Assembly: GCA_963666275.2 (NCBI GenBank)
Contig: CAXXOA010000002.1
Span: 896,001-960,000, forward strand
Length of the DNA stretch: 64,000 nt
Direction of reading: 5' to 3'
Origin: Oceanispirochaeta sp.
GTDB taxonomy: Bacteria; Spirochaetota; Spirochaetia; DSM-2461
Shown here: in pieces, positions 50,206 through 58,979 of the stretch
Layout of the letters: every line of letters starts with the position of its first letter
Position numbering within the stretch: the stretch's first letter is position 1
Translations under genes and position numbers: made by a program
Notes under the pieces: model-generated
The model's database searches: none
The model's input: the letters and a program-made list of their open reading frames with translations, nothing else
What the model was told of the DNA's origin: nothing

Positions 50206-50248
50206 GGTAGAGACGCGATTTATCGTGTCTCTACCCCGCGTCTCTACC
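50206..50248. repeat. GTAG-type REP-like palindrome with a partial second copy
   Basis: GGTAGAGACGCGAT-TT-ATCGTGTCTCTACC then CGCGTCTCTACC. Confidence 0.7.
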
Positions 50249-50262
50249 TGATTTGGATGGCA

Positions 50263-50300
50263 AAAAAAAGGCGGATGCTGCTGAGCATCCGCCTTTTTTA
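50263..50300. terminator. Bidirectional terminator between ade and ndk
   Basis: A run-GGCGGATGCT..AGCATCCGCC-T run. Confidence 0.9.
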
Positions 50301-50783
50301 TCAGATCAAACCGTTTAATACGGTTTTGTAGGAATCAACAAAATCTTCTTTCCGGAACCAGAGGGCCAGTTCCCTCCGGGCGCTTTCCACAGAATCCGAG
50401 GCATGAACCACGTTGTAGATCGTTCCGTTCAGTTCGGGGCTTCTTGCGTAACCCATATGGGTAAAATCCCCACGGATTGTTCCCGGTGCTGCTGTGCGGG
50501 GTTCTGTATCCCCGTTGATTTTTCTGACAACTTCAACAGCATGGGCTCCTTCCAGTGCCAGAGCCATGGAGGGACCGGAGGTCAGGAAATCTTTGAGGGG
50601 ATTGAAAAAGTCTTTCCCCTTATGCTCTGCATAGTGTTCAGATGCCAGTTCATCGCTGCAGCTGATCAGTTTTGCCGCCACTAACTGGAGTCCCGCATTT
50701 TCATACCTTTTAAGAACCTCTCCGATGAGGCCTCTCTTAACACCGTCTGGTTTTACCAGCACAAAAGTTCTTTCCCATGTCAT
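50301..50783 (-). CDS. ndk: Nucleoside diphosphate kinase
   Basis: ERTFVLVKPDGV, HYAEH, PGTIRGDF, HASDS; start set at MTWERT. Confidence 0.95.
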   Translation of the reverse strand: MTWERTFVLVKPDGVKRGLIGEVLKRYENAGLQLVAAKLISCSDELASEHYAEHKGKDFFNPLKDFLTSGPSMALALEGAHAVEVVRKINGDTEPRTAAPGTIRGDFTHMGYARSPELNGTIYNVVHASDSVESARRELALWFRKEDFVDSYKTVLNGLI

Positions 50784-50790
50784 TTGATCG

Positions 50791-50818
50791 ATTATAGGTA
50801 TACGAATCTTTGTGTCAA
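50791..50818 (-). promoter_or_regulatory. Consensus sigma70 promoter of ndk (leaderless geometry)
   Basis: TTGACA-N16-TATAAT, 7 nt before ATG. Confidence 0.8.
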
Positions 50819-50829
50819 TAGAAAAAATC

Positions 50830-50862
50830 AACTTGTCTGACCTTTTGTAACTTGTCTGACAA
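50830..50862. promoter_or_regulatory. Tandem AACTTGTCTGAC operator-like repeats
   Basis: 12-mer at 50830 and 50849; the second extends to the palindrome TTGTCTGACAA. Confidence 0.6.
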
Positions 50863-50940
50863 TAGTTGACAAACTCGGGCAGTACCGAGACAATTCTAAT
50901 CATTGGAGTTATTTATACTCAATGTAAGGAGAATTGTATT

Positions 50941-52149
50941 ATGAAAAAATTCAAAGTGATCCTTCTGGCTGCTCTCCTGCTGTTCATTTCAGGAGCCCTA
51001 TTTGCAGCTGGTGGTCAGGAATCAACAGGTCCCGGCGATGATGCCAAAATGGAAGTTGAGAAAGTTAAAGCAGGGTTTGTTTATATCGGCCCCGCCGGAG
51101 ACTTCGGTTGGACCTATGCTCATGAGCAGGGGCGTCAGTATGTTCAGGACATGTTTCCCTGGCTGGAGACAATCACTGTAGAAAGCGTTCCCGAAGGTGA
51201 TGCTGTCAGATTTATCGACAGACTTGTTCAGCAGCAGAAATGCGATATCATTTTCACAACCAGTTTCGGTTACATGGATGATACTGTCAAAGCCGCTGAA
51301 AAGTATCCTGATGTACAGTTCTACCACTGTTCCGGATATAAAAGAACTCCCAACATGGGGACCTACATGGGCGATATGTATCAGATCTACTATCTCAATG
51401 GTCTGATCGCCGGTGCTATGACCGAGTCTGATAAAATCGGTTATGTCGCGGCTTTCCCCATTCCCGAGCTGTTCCGTCACATGAATGCTTTTGCTCTGGG
51501 TATTAAAGAAGTAAACCCCGAAGCGACTGTCAGTGTTAAATGGACCTACGCCTGGTACGGACCCGACAAAGCCCGTGAAGCGGCAGAAGCTCTGATCTCC
51601 GAAGGCTGTGATGTCCTCGGATTCACCGAAGATACTCCCACAGTTATCGAAGTGGCTCAGGAGCATCAGGAAAAGGGTGAAGATGTTTACGCTCTCAGTC
51701 ACTACAGCCCCATGCAGGTTTACGGTGAAGAAGCCGTCCTGACAGGTCAGCTGACAGACTGGGGTGTTCTGTATGAACAGATCCTGAAAGATTACAAAGC
51801 CGGTAAAACTGAAGACCTGAGCAACTACGACCTGCTCTGGCTCATGAAAGAGGATGCCGTTGAAATGGGTGCTTCCTGGGATGAAAAAATTAATCCCCTT
51901 TATGTGGATGTGCTGAAAGGTAAAATGGTTGAGACCGCCGACTTCGGAAGTATCTCCGTTTATGACCTGGTTATGAAACGGTACGAACAGATGGATCAGG
52001 GACGGGACGTTTTCGATCCTTTCGTCGGACCTATCTACGATCAGGAAGGCAATATGACCATCGCCGACGGCGAAATGGCTTCAATCGGTCACCTCTTTTC
52101 TGAGATGATGTATCAGATTGATAACTTTGCTACTCCCATTCCCCAATAA
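50941..52149 (+). CDS. BMP family ABC substrate-binding protein (nucleoside-type)
   Basis: GFVYIGP.GDFGWT.AH, TSFGY, NAFALG; AAGGAG RBS. Confidence 0.92.
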   Translation: MKKFKVILLAALLLFISGALFAAGGQESTGPGDDAKMEVEKVKAGFVYIGPAGDFGWTYAHEQGRQYVQDMFPWLETITVESVPEGDAVRFIDRLVQQQKCDIIFTTSFGYMDDTVKAAEKYPDVQFYHCSGYKRTPNMGTYMGDMYQIYYLNGLIAGAMTESDKIGYVAAFPIPELFRHMNAFALGIKEVNPEATVSVKWTYAWYGPDKAREAAEALISEGCDVLGFTEDTPTVIEVAQEHQEKGEDVYALSHYSPMQVYGEEAVLTGQLTDWGVLYEQILKDYKAGKTEDLSNYDLLWLMKEDAVEMGASWDEKINPLYVDVLKGKMVETADFGSISVYDLVMKRYEQMDQGRDVFDPFVGPIYDQEGNMTIADGEMASIGHLFSEMMYQIDNFATPIPQ

Positions 52150-52174
52150 TCCGGGAATATGAGATTTTAGCTAC

Positions 52175-52200
52175 CGGGGACGCTGCGGCGTCCCCGTTTT
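52175..52200 (+). terminator. Intra-operon hairpin after the binding-protein gene
   Basis: CGGGGACGC-TGCG-GCGTCCCCG-TTTT. Confidence 0.75.
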
Positions 52201-52258
52201 GTTGCTAAAATGACCTGTTACTTGTAGAATGTAAAAATATCCTTCCGGAGAAATCAAA

Positions 52259-53791
52259 TTGAAAAGAATAGAAAAGCTGGAAATGAAGGGCATTTACAAG
52301 TCCTTTATCGGTGTGAAAGCCAACCAGGATGTCAATCTGACAATTCAGAAAGGGGATATTCTAGGGCTTCTGGGTGAGAACGGCGCCGGGAAAACCACAC
52401 TTATGAATATTCTCTACGGTCTGTACCTTCCTGACGAAGGGGAGATCCTGGTCAATGACAAAGCCATAAGATTGAAAAATCCCAAAGACAGTATGGATGC
52501 CGGCGTGGGGATGATCCATCAGCACTTCATGCTGGTCCAGAAACATTCGGTTCTGGAAAATATAACACTGGGATTCAGGGAAGCCCCCTTCTTTTTCCCC
52601 CAGAAATATATGAGAAACAGGATTGTCGAATATTCTCAGAGATTCGGACTGGAAGTGGATCCGGATAAAAAGATCTGGGAGCTTTCCGCAGGGGAACAGC
52701 AGAGGGTTGAGATCCTGAAAGCCCTGCTGAGGAATGCGGATCTTCTTATAATGGATGAACCCACATCGGTTCTGACTCCCCAGGAAGCGGAAGACCTTTT
52801 TGAAATATTGCGTAAAATGACCAGTGAAGGTCACTCTGTCATCCTGATCAGCCACAAGCTCGAAGAGATCATGAGCATTTGTAACCGGGTCATGGTTATG
52901 CGCAAAGGCTGTGTTACCGGGTCTGCAGAGATCAAGGATGTGACCCAGGTGGATCTGGCCAGGATGATGATCGGCAGAGAGATCTCTACGTCCTACCCCA
53001 AAAAAGAGATCGAACCGGGAAAAACAGTTCTTGATGTCAGCGGCCTCAGAGTCAACAGCGATCAGGGTCTGCCCATCGTTGATAATCTGAGTTTTGAAAT
53101 CCGCGCCAACGAAATTCTGGGGATTGCCGGAGTTTCAGGAAACGGTCAGCGGGAAATGGTGGAAGCTGTAACAGGACTGCGGAAAGTTGAATCCGGAATG
53201 GTTCATCTGGACGGAGAGGATATTACCAACAAGTCGGCCCGGAAAATCCATAATCTGGGAATTACCCATGTTCCCGAAGAGCGGATCAAGTTCGGTACGG
53301 TTGCCAATCTTCAGCTTTTTGAAAATTCCGTGCTCAAACAGCATCACCGCATGCCTTTCAGCAGGAATATGCTTATGAACTATCCGGTGATCAGAAAACA
53401 CGCCCTCAAACTGGTGGATCAGTACAATGTGGATGCCGCCTCGATCAATACACCTGTAAAGAACCTCTCAGGAGGAAACATGCAGAAGCTGATTCTGGGC
53501 CGGGAAATCTCCGTGGGCCCGAATCTTCTTATTGCCGCCCATCCCACCTACGGTCTGGATGTGGGAGCCGCAGAGTATATCCGGAAGGAACTGATCCGCT
53601 GCCGGGACGAGGGCGGCGCTGTCCTCCTGGTTTCGGAGGATCTGGAAGAGCTGTTCCAGGTCTGCGACAGGATCGCTGTCATGTTTGAAGGAAAGTTCAT
53701 GGGCATTGTAGATCCCTCGGACTGCGTGGTGGATGATATCGGCCTGATGATGGCCGGATCGACAGATCTTGGATCGGGAGAGTGCCTGTAA
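52259..53791 (+). CDS. ABC ATP-binding protein with two NBDs (CUT2/nucleoside type)
   Basis: GENGAGKT, HQHFML, DEPT, GVSGNGQ, LSGGNMQK. Confidence 0.94.
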   Translation: MKRIEKLEMKGIYKSFIGVKANQDVNLTIQKGDILGLLGENGAGKTTLMNILYGLYLPDEGEILVNDKAIRLKNPKDSMDAGVGMIHQHFMLVQKHSVLENITLGFREAPFFFPQKYMRNRIVEYSQRFGLEVDPDKKIWELSAGEQQRVEILKALLRNADLLIMDEPTSVLTPQEAEDLFEILRKMTSEGHSVILISHKLEEIMSICNRVMVMRKGCVTGSAEIKDVTQVDLARMMIGREISTSYPKKEIEPGKTVLDVSGLRVNSDQGLPIVDNLSFEIRANEILGIAGVSGNGQREMVEAVTGLRKVESGMVHLDGEDITNKSARKIHNLGITHVPEERIKFGTVANLQLFENSVLKQHHRMPFSRNMLMNYPVIRKHALKLVDQYNVDAASINTPVKNLSGGNMQKLILGREISVGPNLLIAAHPTYGLDVGAAEYIRKELIRCRDEGGAVLLVSEDLEELFQVCDRIAVMFEGKFMGIVDPSDCVVDDIGLMMAGSTDLGSGECL

Positions 53792-53792
53792 T

Positions 53793-54869
53793 ATGTCAGT
53801 AGTAATTCTGCCGAGGGAAAAGGCTTCCCCGGCGTTCAATTTTGTTGTTCTTGTTTCATCCCTCCTGGCGGGTCTTGTCGCTGTGGGGATTGTATTTCTG
53901 ATCAAAGGGATTAACCCCTTTTTCGCCATCGGTGAAATCTTCATAGCCTCTTTCGGCAGCAGTTTCGGTATCAAAGAAACCCTGACCAAGGCTATTCCCC
54001 TCATTCTGATCGGTAGCGGACTGGCCCTGGCATATCGGGCCAAGTTCTGGAATATCGGAGCGGAGAGCCAGCTACTTTTCGGAGCGATCTTTGCCACATG
54101 GGTGGGACTCCACTGGGGTCCGGGTCTCCCTTCGATCGTTATTATTCCCCTTATGTTTCTGGCCGGGTTCATCGGCGGTGCTCTCTGGGGAATTGTCCCT
54201 GCGATTTTTAAAGTGAAGTTCGGTATCAACGAAGTCATTTCGACACTGATGCTTAACTATATCGCTGCGGAATTTGTGAAATTTCTTGTTGTAGGCCCCT
54301 GGAAGGGCGCTACCAAATACGGCTATCCCTATACGGATGATCTGCCCGAGCAGGCGATTCTGAAGCTGCTGCCCGATTCCAGGATCTCTCTGTTCCTGCT
54401 GATTCTGGCTGTGGTAACGGCCCTGGTCCTCTGGTTTCTTGTTTTCCGGACCCGTTTCGGATATGAAATCCGGGTTATAGGAGAAAACCCCGAAGCGGGT
54501 CGTTACGCGGGAATCGACTTTTTCAGAACCTCTCTGATCATGATGGCCATCAGCGGCGGCGTGGCCGGTCTGGCCGGAGCGGGAGAGCTGGCGGCTATTC
54601 ATCTGCATCTGAGCTATCCCGAGACCATCAGCGCCGGATACGGTTTTACAGCCATCATCGTGGCCTGGCTCGGAAGGCTGAATCCGGCCTTCTCCATCTT
54701 CTCCGGACTCTTCTTTGCGGGGATCATTGTGGGGGGAGATGCCATTCAGATGTCCATGGGGCTGCCTGCTGCGACTGTAAACGTCTTCAACGGCCTGATC
54801 CTTGTGTTTCTGATCATGGGTGACTTTTTTCTCAGTCACCGCGTTAAATTCCAAAGGAGCCAAAACTGA
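53793..54869 (+). CDS. ABC permease
   Basis: WNIGAESQ, NEVISTLMLNY, GENP.A. Confidence 0.92.
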   Translation: MSVVILPREKASPAFNFVVLVSSLLAGLVAVGIVFLIKGINPFFAIGEIFIASFGSSFGIKETLTKAIPLILIGSGLALAYRAKFWNIGAESQLLFGAIFATWVGLHWGPGLPSIVIIPLMFLAGFIGGALWGIVPAIFKVKFGINEVISTLMLNYIAAEFVKFLVVGPWKGATKYGYPYTDDLPEQAILKLLPDSRISLFLLILAVVTALVLWFLVFRTRFGYEIRVIGENPEAGRYAGIDFFRTSLIMMAISGGVAGLAGAGELAAIHLHLSYPETISAGYGFTAIIVAWLGRLNPAFSIFSGLFFAGIIVGGDAIQMSMGLPAATVNVFNGLILVFLIMGDFFLSHRVKFQRSQN

Positions 54870-55795
54870 TGCTTGAAATAATCACTTCAATACTGGTCCG
54901 GACTGTTGTTGCCGGAACCCCTCTCCTGCTGGGGACTCTGGGGGAAGTTATTACGGAACGGGCCGGAATCCTCAACCTGGGAGTGGAAGGGATGATGTCT
55001 CTGGGAGCGGTTACCGGTTTTATCGTGACCTTTACTACAGGCAATCCCTGGCTGGGAATGATTGCCGCTATTATAGCGGGAGCCCTGATCTCGGTGCTCC
55101 ATGCTTTTGTTACTGTGAGCCTCAGGGCCAATCAGGTTGTTTCGGGTCTCTCCCTCACCATGCTGGGGCTGGGACTGAGCGGACTCTGGGGAAAACCCTA
55201 CATCGGCCGTCCCCTGACAATCAAAATGAGCGCCATTGCCATTCCGGGACTCTCGGATATCCCCGTTATAGGCAAGGTTCTGTTCTATCAGGATGCCTAC
55301 TTCTACCTGTCTGTCCTGCTGGGACTGATTGTGTGGTTTGCCCTGAAATATACCAAAATGGGAATAACACTCCGTTCGGTGGGAGAAAATCCCAAAGCTG
55401 CGGAGACTCTGGGAATCAATGTCACCCTTGTGAAGTACATCAGTGTCATGGCCGGAGGAGCTTTTGCCGGTATGGCGGGAGCCCATCTTTCCACGGCCTA
55501 CAGTAAATCCTGGATCGAAGGGATGACTTCCGGTCGGGGATGGATTGTTATTGCTCTGACCATCTTTTCCCTCTGGGATCCGGGCAAAGCCTTTCTGGGT
55601 GCCTATGTCTTCGGAGGTATTTTTGTTATCCAGTATGTTCTGCAGCCTCTGGGGATCTCTCCCAACCTTCTGGCCATGCTGCCCTATGCCACCACTCTGG
55701 GTGTTCTGCTCTTCTACGGAATGAGCAAGGGCGGGAAGAAGAAAATGAGTTCTCCCGCAACCCTGGGGGAAGCCTACATCAGGGGGAGCCGGTAA
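54869..55795 (+). CDS. ABC permease
   Basis: ERAGILNLGVEG, ANQVVSG, GRGWI, MLPY. Confidence 0.92.
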   Translation: MLEIITSILVRTVVAGTPLLLGTLGEVITERAGILNLGVEGMMSLGAVTGFIVTFTTGNPWLGMIAAIIAGALISVLHAFVTVSLRANQVVSGLSLTMLGLGLSGLWGKPYIGRPLTIKMSAIAIPGLSDIPVIGKVLFYQDAYFYLSVLLGLIVWFALKYTKMGITLRSVGENPKAAETLGINVTLVKYISVMAGGAFAGMAGAHLSTAYSKSWIEGMTSGRGWIVIALTIFSLWDPGKAFLGAYVFGGIFVIQYVLQPLGISPNLLAMLPYATTLGVLLFYGMSKGGKKKMSSPATLGEAYIRGSR

Positions 55796-58166
55796 TTTCC
55801 AGCTCTTCCGCGCTGTATGGCATGAGATAGAGAGCTTCTCCTCTGGGGAAGCTCTCCATTTTTTTATAAAACTCCAGCAGATACTGAAGATCATCCGGAA
55901 GGAAGTTTTCGTAGGCTTTTTCCTGATAACCCATCCAGGGGAAGGCCCTGTCCATAATGCCGATTCCCCGGCCCGGGACTATCTCCAGAACTCGCACGCT
56001 GTTCAGCCCCGCCGTCTGTCTGGCATAGCTGACAGCTTCCGACAGACCTCCTGTCATATCGGCAAGGCCCTTTTCCACGGCCTGGGTTCCCGTCCAGACT
56101 CTCCCCTGGGCCAGCTGGTCTATCTGATCTTCCCCGACAGGACGGTGTTCCACGACCAGAGAGGTGAACTGGCTGTAGATCGACCTGATATACTCTTCCA
56201 TATTTTCCCGCTCCGAATCGGTAAAGCCTCTCAGGACAGTTCCTGTATCGGCTCCTTCCGCTGTTTTGACTGTATCACTGCCTATTCTGAGTTTTTCAAG
56301 AAGACCTGAGATATCAGGGAATACGGAAACCACTCCGATCGAACCGGTAATGCTTCCCGGAGACGCTATGATGGTGTCCGCGGGAGCGGCAATGTAATAC
56401 CCTCCTGAAGCAGCGGATCCCCCCATGGAGACAATCACGGGTTTGCTGTTCCTTCCGGTTCTGCAGAGGGCTACCTCCCGGGCTATCAGGTCCGATGCCA
56501 GGGAGGAACCGCCTCCCGAATTGATTCTCAGGATAATCGCTTTGACCATGGGGTTGTTTCTGGCTCCCCTTATCGCTGATGCCAGAGAGTCGGATCCGAT
56601 GGACTGCCCGGCGATTCCTGTTCCGCTGATGATATTCCCCTGGGCATAGATCACGGCTATCAGGGGTTTTCCCGAACCCTCCCATTCGTAATCCATTCTG
56701 TTAGCCGAAAGGGAGTAGGGAAGGAGTGTCAGTTTCTCTTCTTCCAGAAGGCTCAGGAACTGATCTTCGTAGTAGATCCCGTCAATCATTCCCAGTTCCA
56801 GAGCCCTGGAGGCATGAATAAAGGGCCCCTGGTTGAGGATCTCCTCCGGCGTTTTGCTGAATCTGTCCCGCCGTCCCTGTGTGAGCATTCGCAGCTGCTC
56901 CCTGTGAAGCCCGGCAAAAAGGTTCTCCAGAGAGGCCCTCTCCTGGTCTGTCATGGACGATTCAGAGAGGTTGTTGAAGGCTGTCTTATAGGGATGACTC
57001 CGGAAATTCTGAAAAATGATTCCCCAATCTGCCAGAAAATCCCTGAAATAGAGATGGGAAGTGGAGAAGCCTCGCAGATTGACAGATCCGGCGGGAGACA
57101 GATAGATCGCGTCCCCTGCGGAAGCCGCCAGAGTGTAGGGGAAATTTTCGATGGAATCGTAATAAAAGTAGATCTTTTTGCCCGAATCCCTGACCTCTTT
57201 CAGCAGCTTTTCAATCTCCAGGAGATTGGCAAAGGATGTCCGGAACTCCTGATTCCGGAAAATCAGGGCCTTTACGGATTTCTCCAGCTTAATCTGCTCC
57301 ATATCCCGGATAAAATCCATAAGGCTTCTTGTGCCGTTCCAGGTTACCTCAGACCGGTATCCCGGTGCCGGAGCATCGATGATGGTCCGGGCCATATCAT
57401 AGACAATGGCTTTCCGGAACCCTGAATCGGCCAGACTCCTCTGCTTTTTGAAGGTGCTGTAGAAGTGAAAATCTCCCTGCTGAAAAGGAGTCTCTTCAGA
57501 GCCTGTGGTGCTTGTTCCCGCTTCTCCGTGGCCCAGCGCCATGGCCGCACCCAGAGTCACGGTCTCATCCCGGAAGTTATAGGAACCCGAAAGCTTCAGT
57601 CCATCCAGGGGTTCCAGGGATAATCCTCCTGTAAGGGGTGTATATTCGGATTTCTCCCAGCGGGCATCGGTCCATAATGTGAACCTGCTGCCCAGGGCTT
57701 TGCTGAAAAACAGGGGGCGGAACCCGATTCCCGTAATGCCGTAGGGATCCTCTGTCAGATCTTCTCCCTTCAGGGACAGTGACAGAAAAGAGAGGGGGCG
57801 ATAGAGAAGAGACAGGCCGAAATTGACATCCCGGTTGTTCTCTCTTATCCAGGCCACGGAGGCTCCCCCGTAGAGTCCCTGGCCCATTCTGGTTCCTGCT
57901 GAAAAAAGGTGTTCTCCGTATTCAGGTGTTTTCAGATAACTGTAGGCCATGGGCCCCAGAGAAAATATCAGATCAAATTCCTGAAGGAGTCCCTCTTTGT
58001 CATACCCCTGTCTGTATCCCATTCCCATGGAATTACCCACCCCCATGGCAGCGGGATTGCTGAGAGGAGCGGCTGTCTGGTCCTCAACGGCTGTGGCGAT
58101 ATCCCGGGAAAAGAGCAGGACCGGGAGGAGAAGAAGGGCAAGTCCTAACTTGGTTTTCAGATTCAT
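55779..58166 (-). CDS. sppA: Signal peptide peptidase SppA (two S49 domains) with a long N-terminal beta-rich extension
   Basis: YKTA, LRINSGGGS, SMGGSAASGGY, TGSIGV, GRVWTG. Confidence 0.9.
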   Translation of the reverse strand: MNLKTKLGLALLLLPVLLFSRDIATAVEDQTAAPLSNPAAMGVGNSMGMGYRQGYDKEGLLQEFDLIFSLGPMAYSYLKTPEYGEHLFSAGTRMGQGLYGGASVAWIRENNRDVNFGLSLLYRPLSFLSLSLKGEDLTEDPYGITGIGFRPLFFSKALGSRFTLWTDARWEKSEYTPLTGGLSLEPLDGLKLSGSYNFRDETVTLGAAMALGHGEAGTSTTGSEETPFQQGDFHFYSTFKKQRSLADSGFRKAIVYDMARTIIDAPAPGYRSEVTWNGTRSLMDFIRDMEQIKLEKSVKALIFRNQEFRTSFANLLEIEKLLKEVRDSGKKIYFYYDSIENFPYTLAASAGDAIYLSPAGSVNLRGFSTSHLYFRDFLADWGIIFQNFRSHPYKTAFNNLSESSMTDQERASLENLFAGLHREQLRMLTQGRRDRFSKTPEEILNQGPFIHASRALELGMIDGIYYEDQFLSLLEEEKLTLLPYSLSANRMDYEWEGSGKPLIAVIYAQGNIISGTGIAGQSIGSDSLASAIRGARNNPMVKAIILRINSGGGSSLASDLIAREVALCRTGRNSKPVIVSMGGSAASGGYYIAAPADTIIASPGSITGSIGVVSVFPDISGLLEKLRIGSDTVKTAEGADTGTVLRGFTDSERENMEEYIRSIYSQFTSLVVEHRPVGEDQIDQLAQGRVWTGTQAVEKGLADMTGGLSEAVSYARQTAGLNSVRVLEIVPGRGIGIMDRAFPWMGYQEKAYENFLPDDLQYLLEFYKKMESFPRGEALYLMPYSAEELEITGSP

Positions 58167-58178
58167 AAGGCCTCCGGT

Positions 58179-58976
58179 TTATACAAGTCTGAGAAATCTG
58201 AGAAGATTCTCCCTGAACTGATTATGAACCAATGTTTCTCTTTTGCCGACCATTGATCCGTAAAATTGGTATATTTCCCTGATCTGATCCGCCTTGGCGG
58301 GAGTCCTGAACAGCCAGGGCCAGGCGGATGGGTTGTCTGTTTCGGGAAGAAGACGTTCCGGAGGGATCTTTTCCAGTATCCTTTTTGTATAGCTTCCCGG
58401 AGCTTCCGGCTGGCACAGAGCCGCTGGGGGAATGGTAAAGAAACATCCCAGGCACAGATAGGCGGAGATGAGCTCCTCCGGCCCGTCATACCAGTGGATC
58501 AGCAGAGGGTTTCTATGGGAGGATATCAGTTTCAGAACCTCTTCTTCCGCCCCTTTGGTATGGATGGTTACGGGTTTTGTGTACCTCTCCGCCAGAGTCA
58601 GCTGCCTCTTGAACAGGGGGATCTGCTTTTCCAGCGGGGAGTTTTCGGGGGCCCAGACCGTATCCAGTCCTATCTCGTTAATCATTAAAGTCCGGCTGTA
58701 CTCAGCACTCTGATCATCCAGATCCTCTATCGAATAGGAACCGCTTTTCCATGGGTGAATCCCCGCACAGGGAATGATCCATTCGGATTTTTCAGCCAGA
58801 GAGCTGTTGCGCTCCCATGAAAGCATATCCGTACCGGCGCTGAAGCAGAGGATCTTCTCTTTCTCCAAATGACTGAAAAGCCTCTCTTCCTCCTGAGGAG
58901 GGTAGCTGTCGCAATGGCAGTGTATATCAATATAGGAACAGGAGGTGATCCTTCTTTTCAGTTCACCGGGAGTCAT
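58179..58976 (-). CDS. TatD family hydrolase
   Basis: DIHCH, GIHPW, EIGLD, ETDNP. Confidence 0.9.
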   Translation of the reverse strand: MTPGELKRRITSCSYIDIHCHCDSYPPQEEERLFSHLEKEKILCFSAGTDMLSWERNSSLAEKSEWIIPCAGIHPWKSGSYSIEDLDDQSAEYSRTLMINEIGLDTVWAPENSPLEKQIPLFKRQLTLAERYTKPVTIHTKGAEEEVLKLISSHRNPLLIHWYDGPEELISAYLCLGCFFTIPPAALCQPEAPGSYTKRILEKIPPERLLPETDNPSAWPWLFRTPAKADQIREIYQFYGSMVGKRETLVHNQFRENLLRFLRLV

Positions 58977-58979
58977 GGC

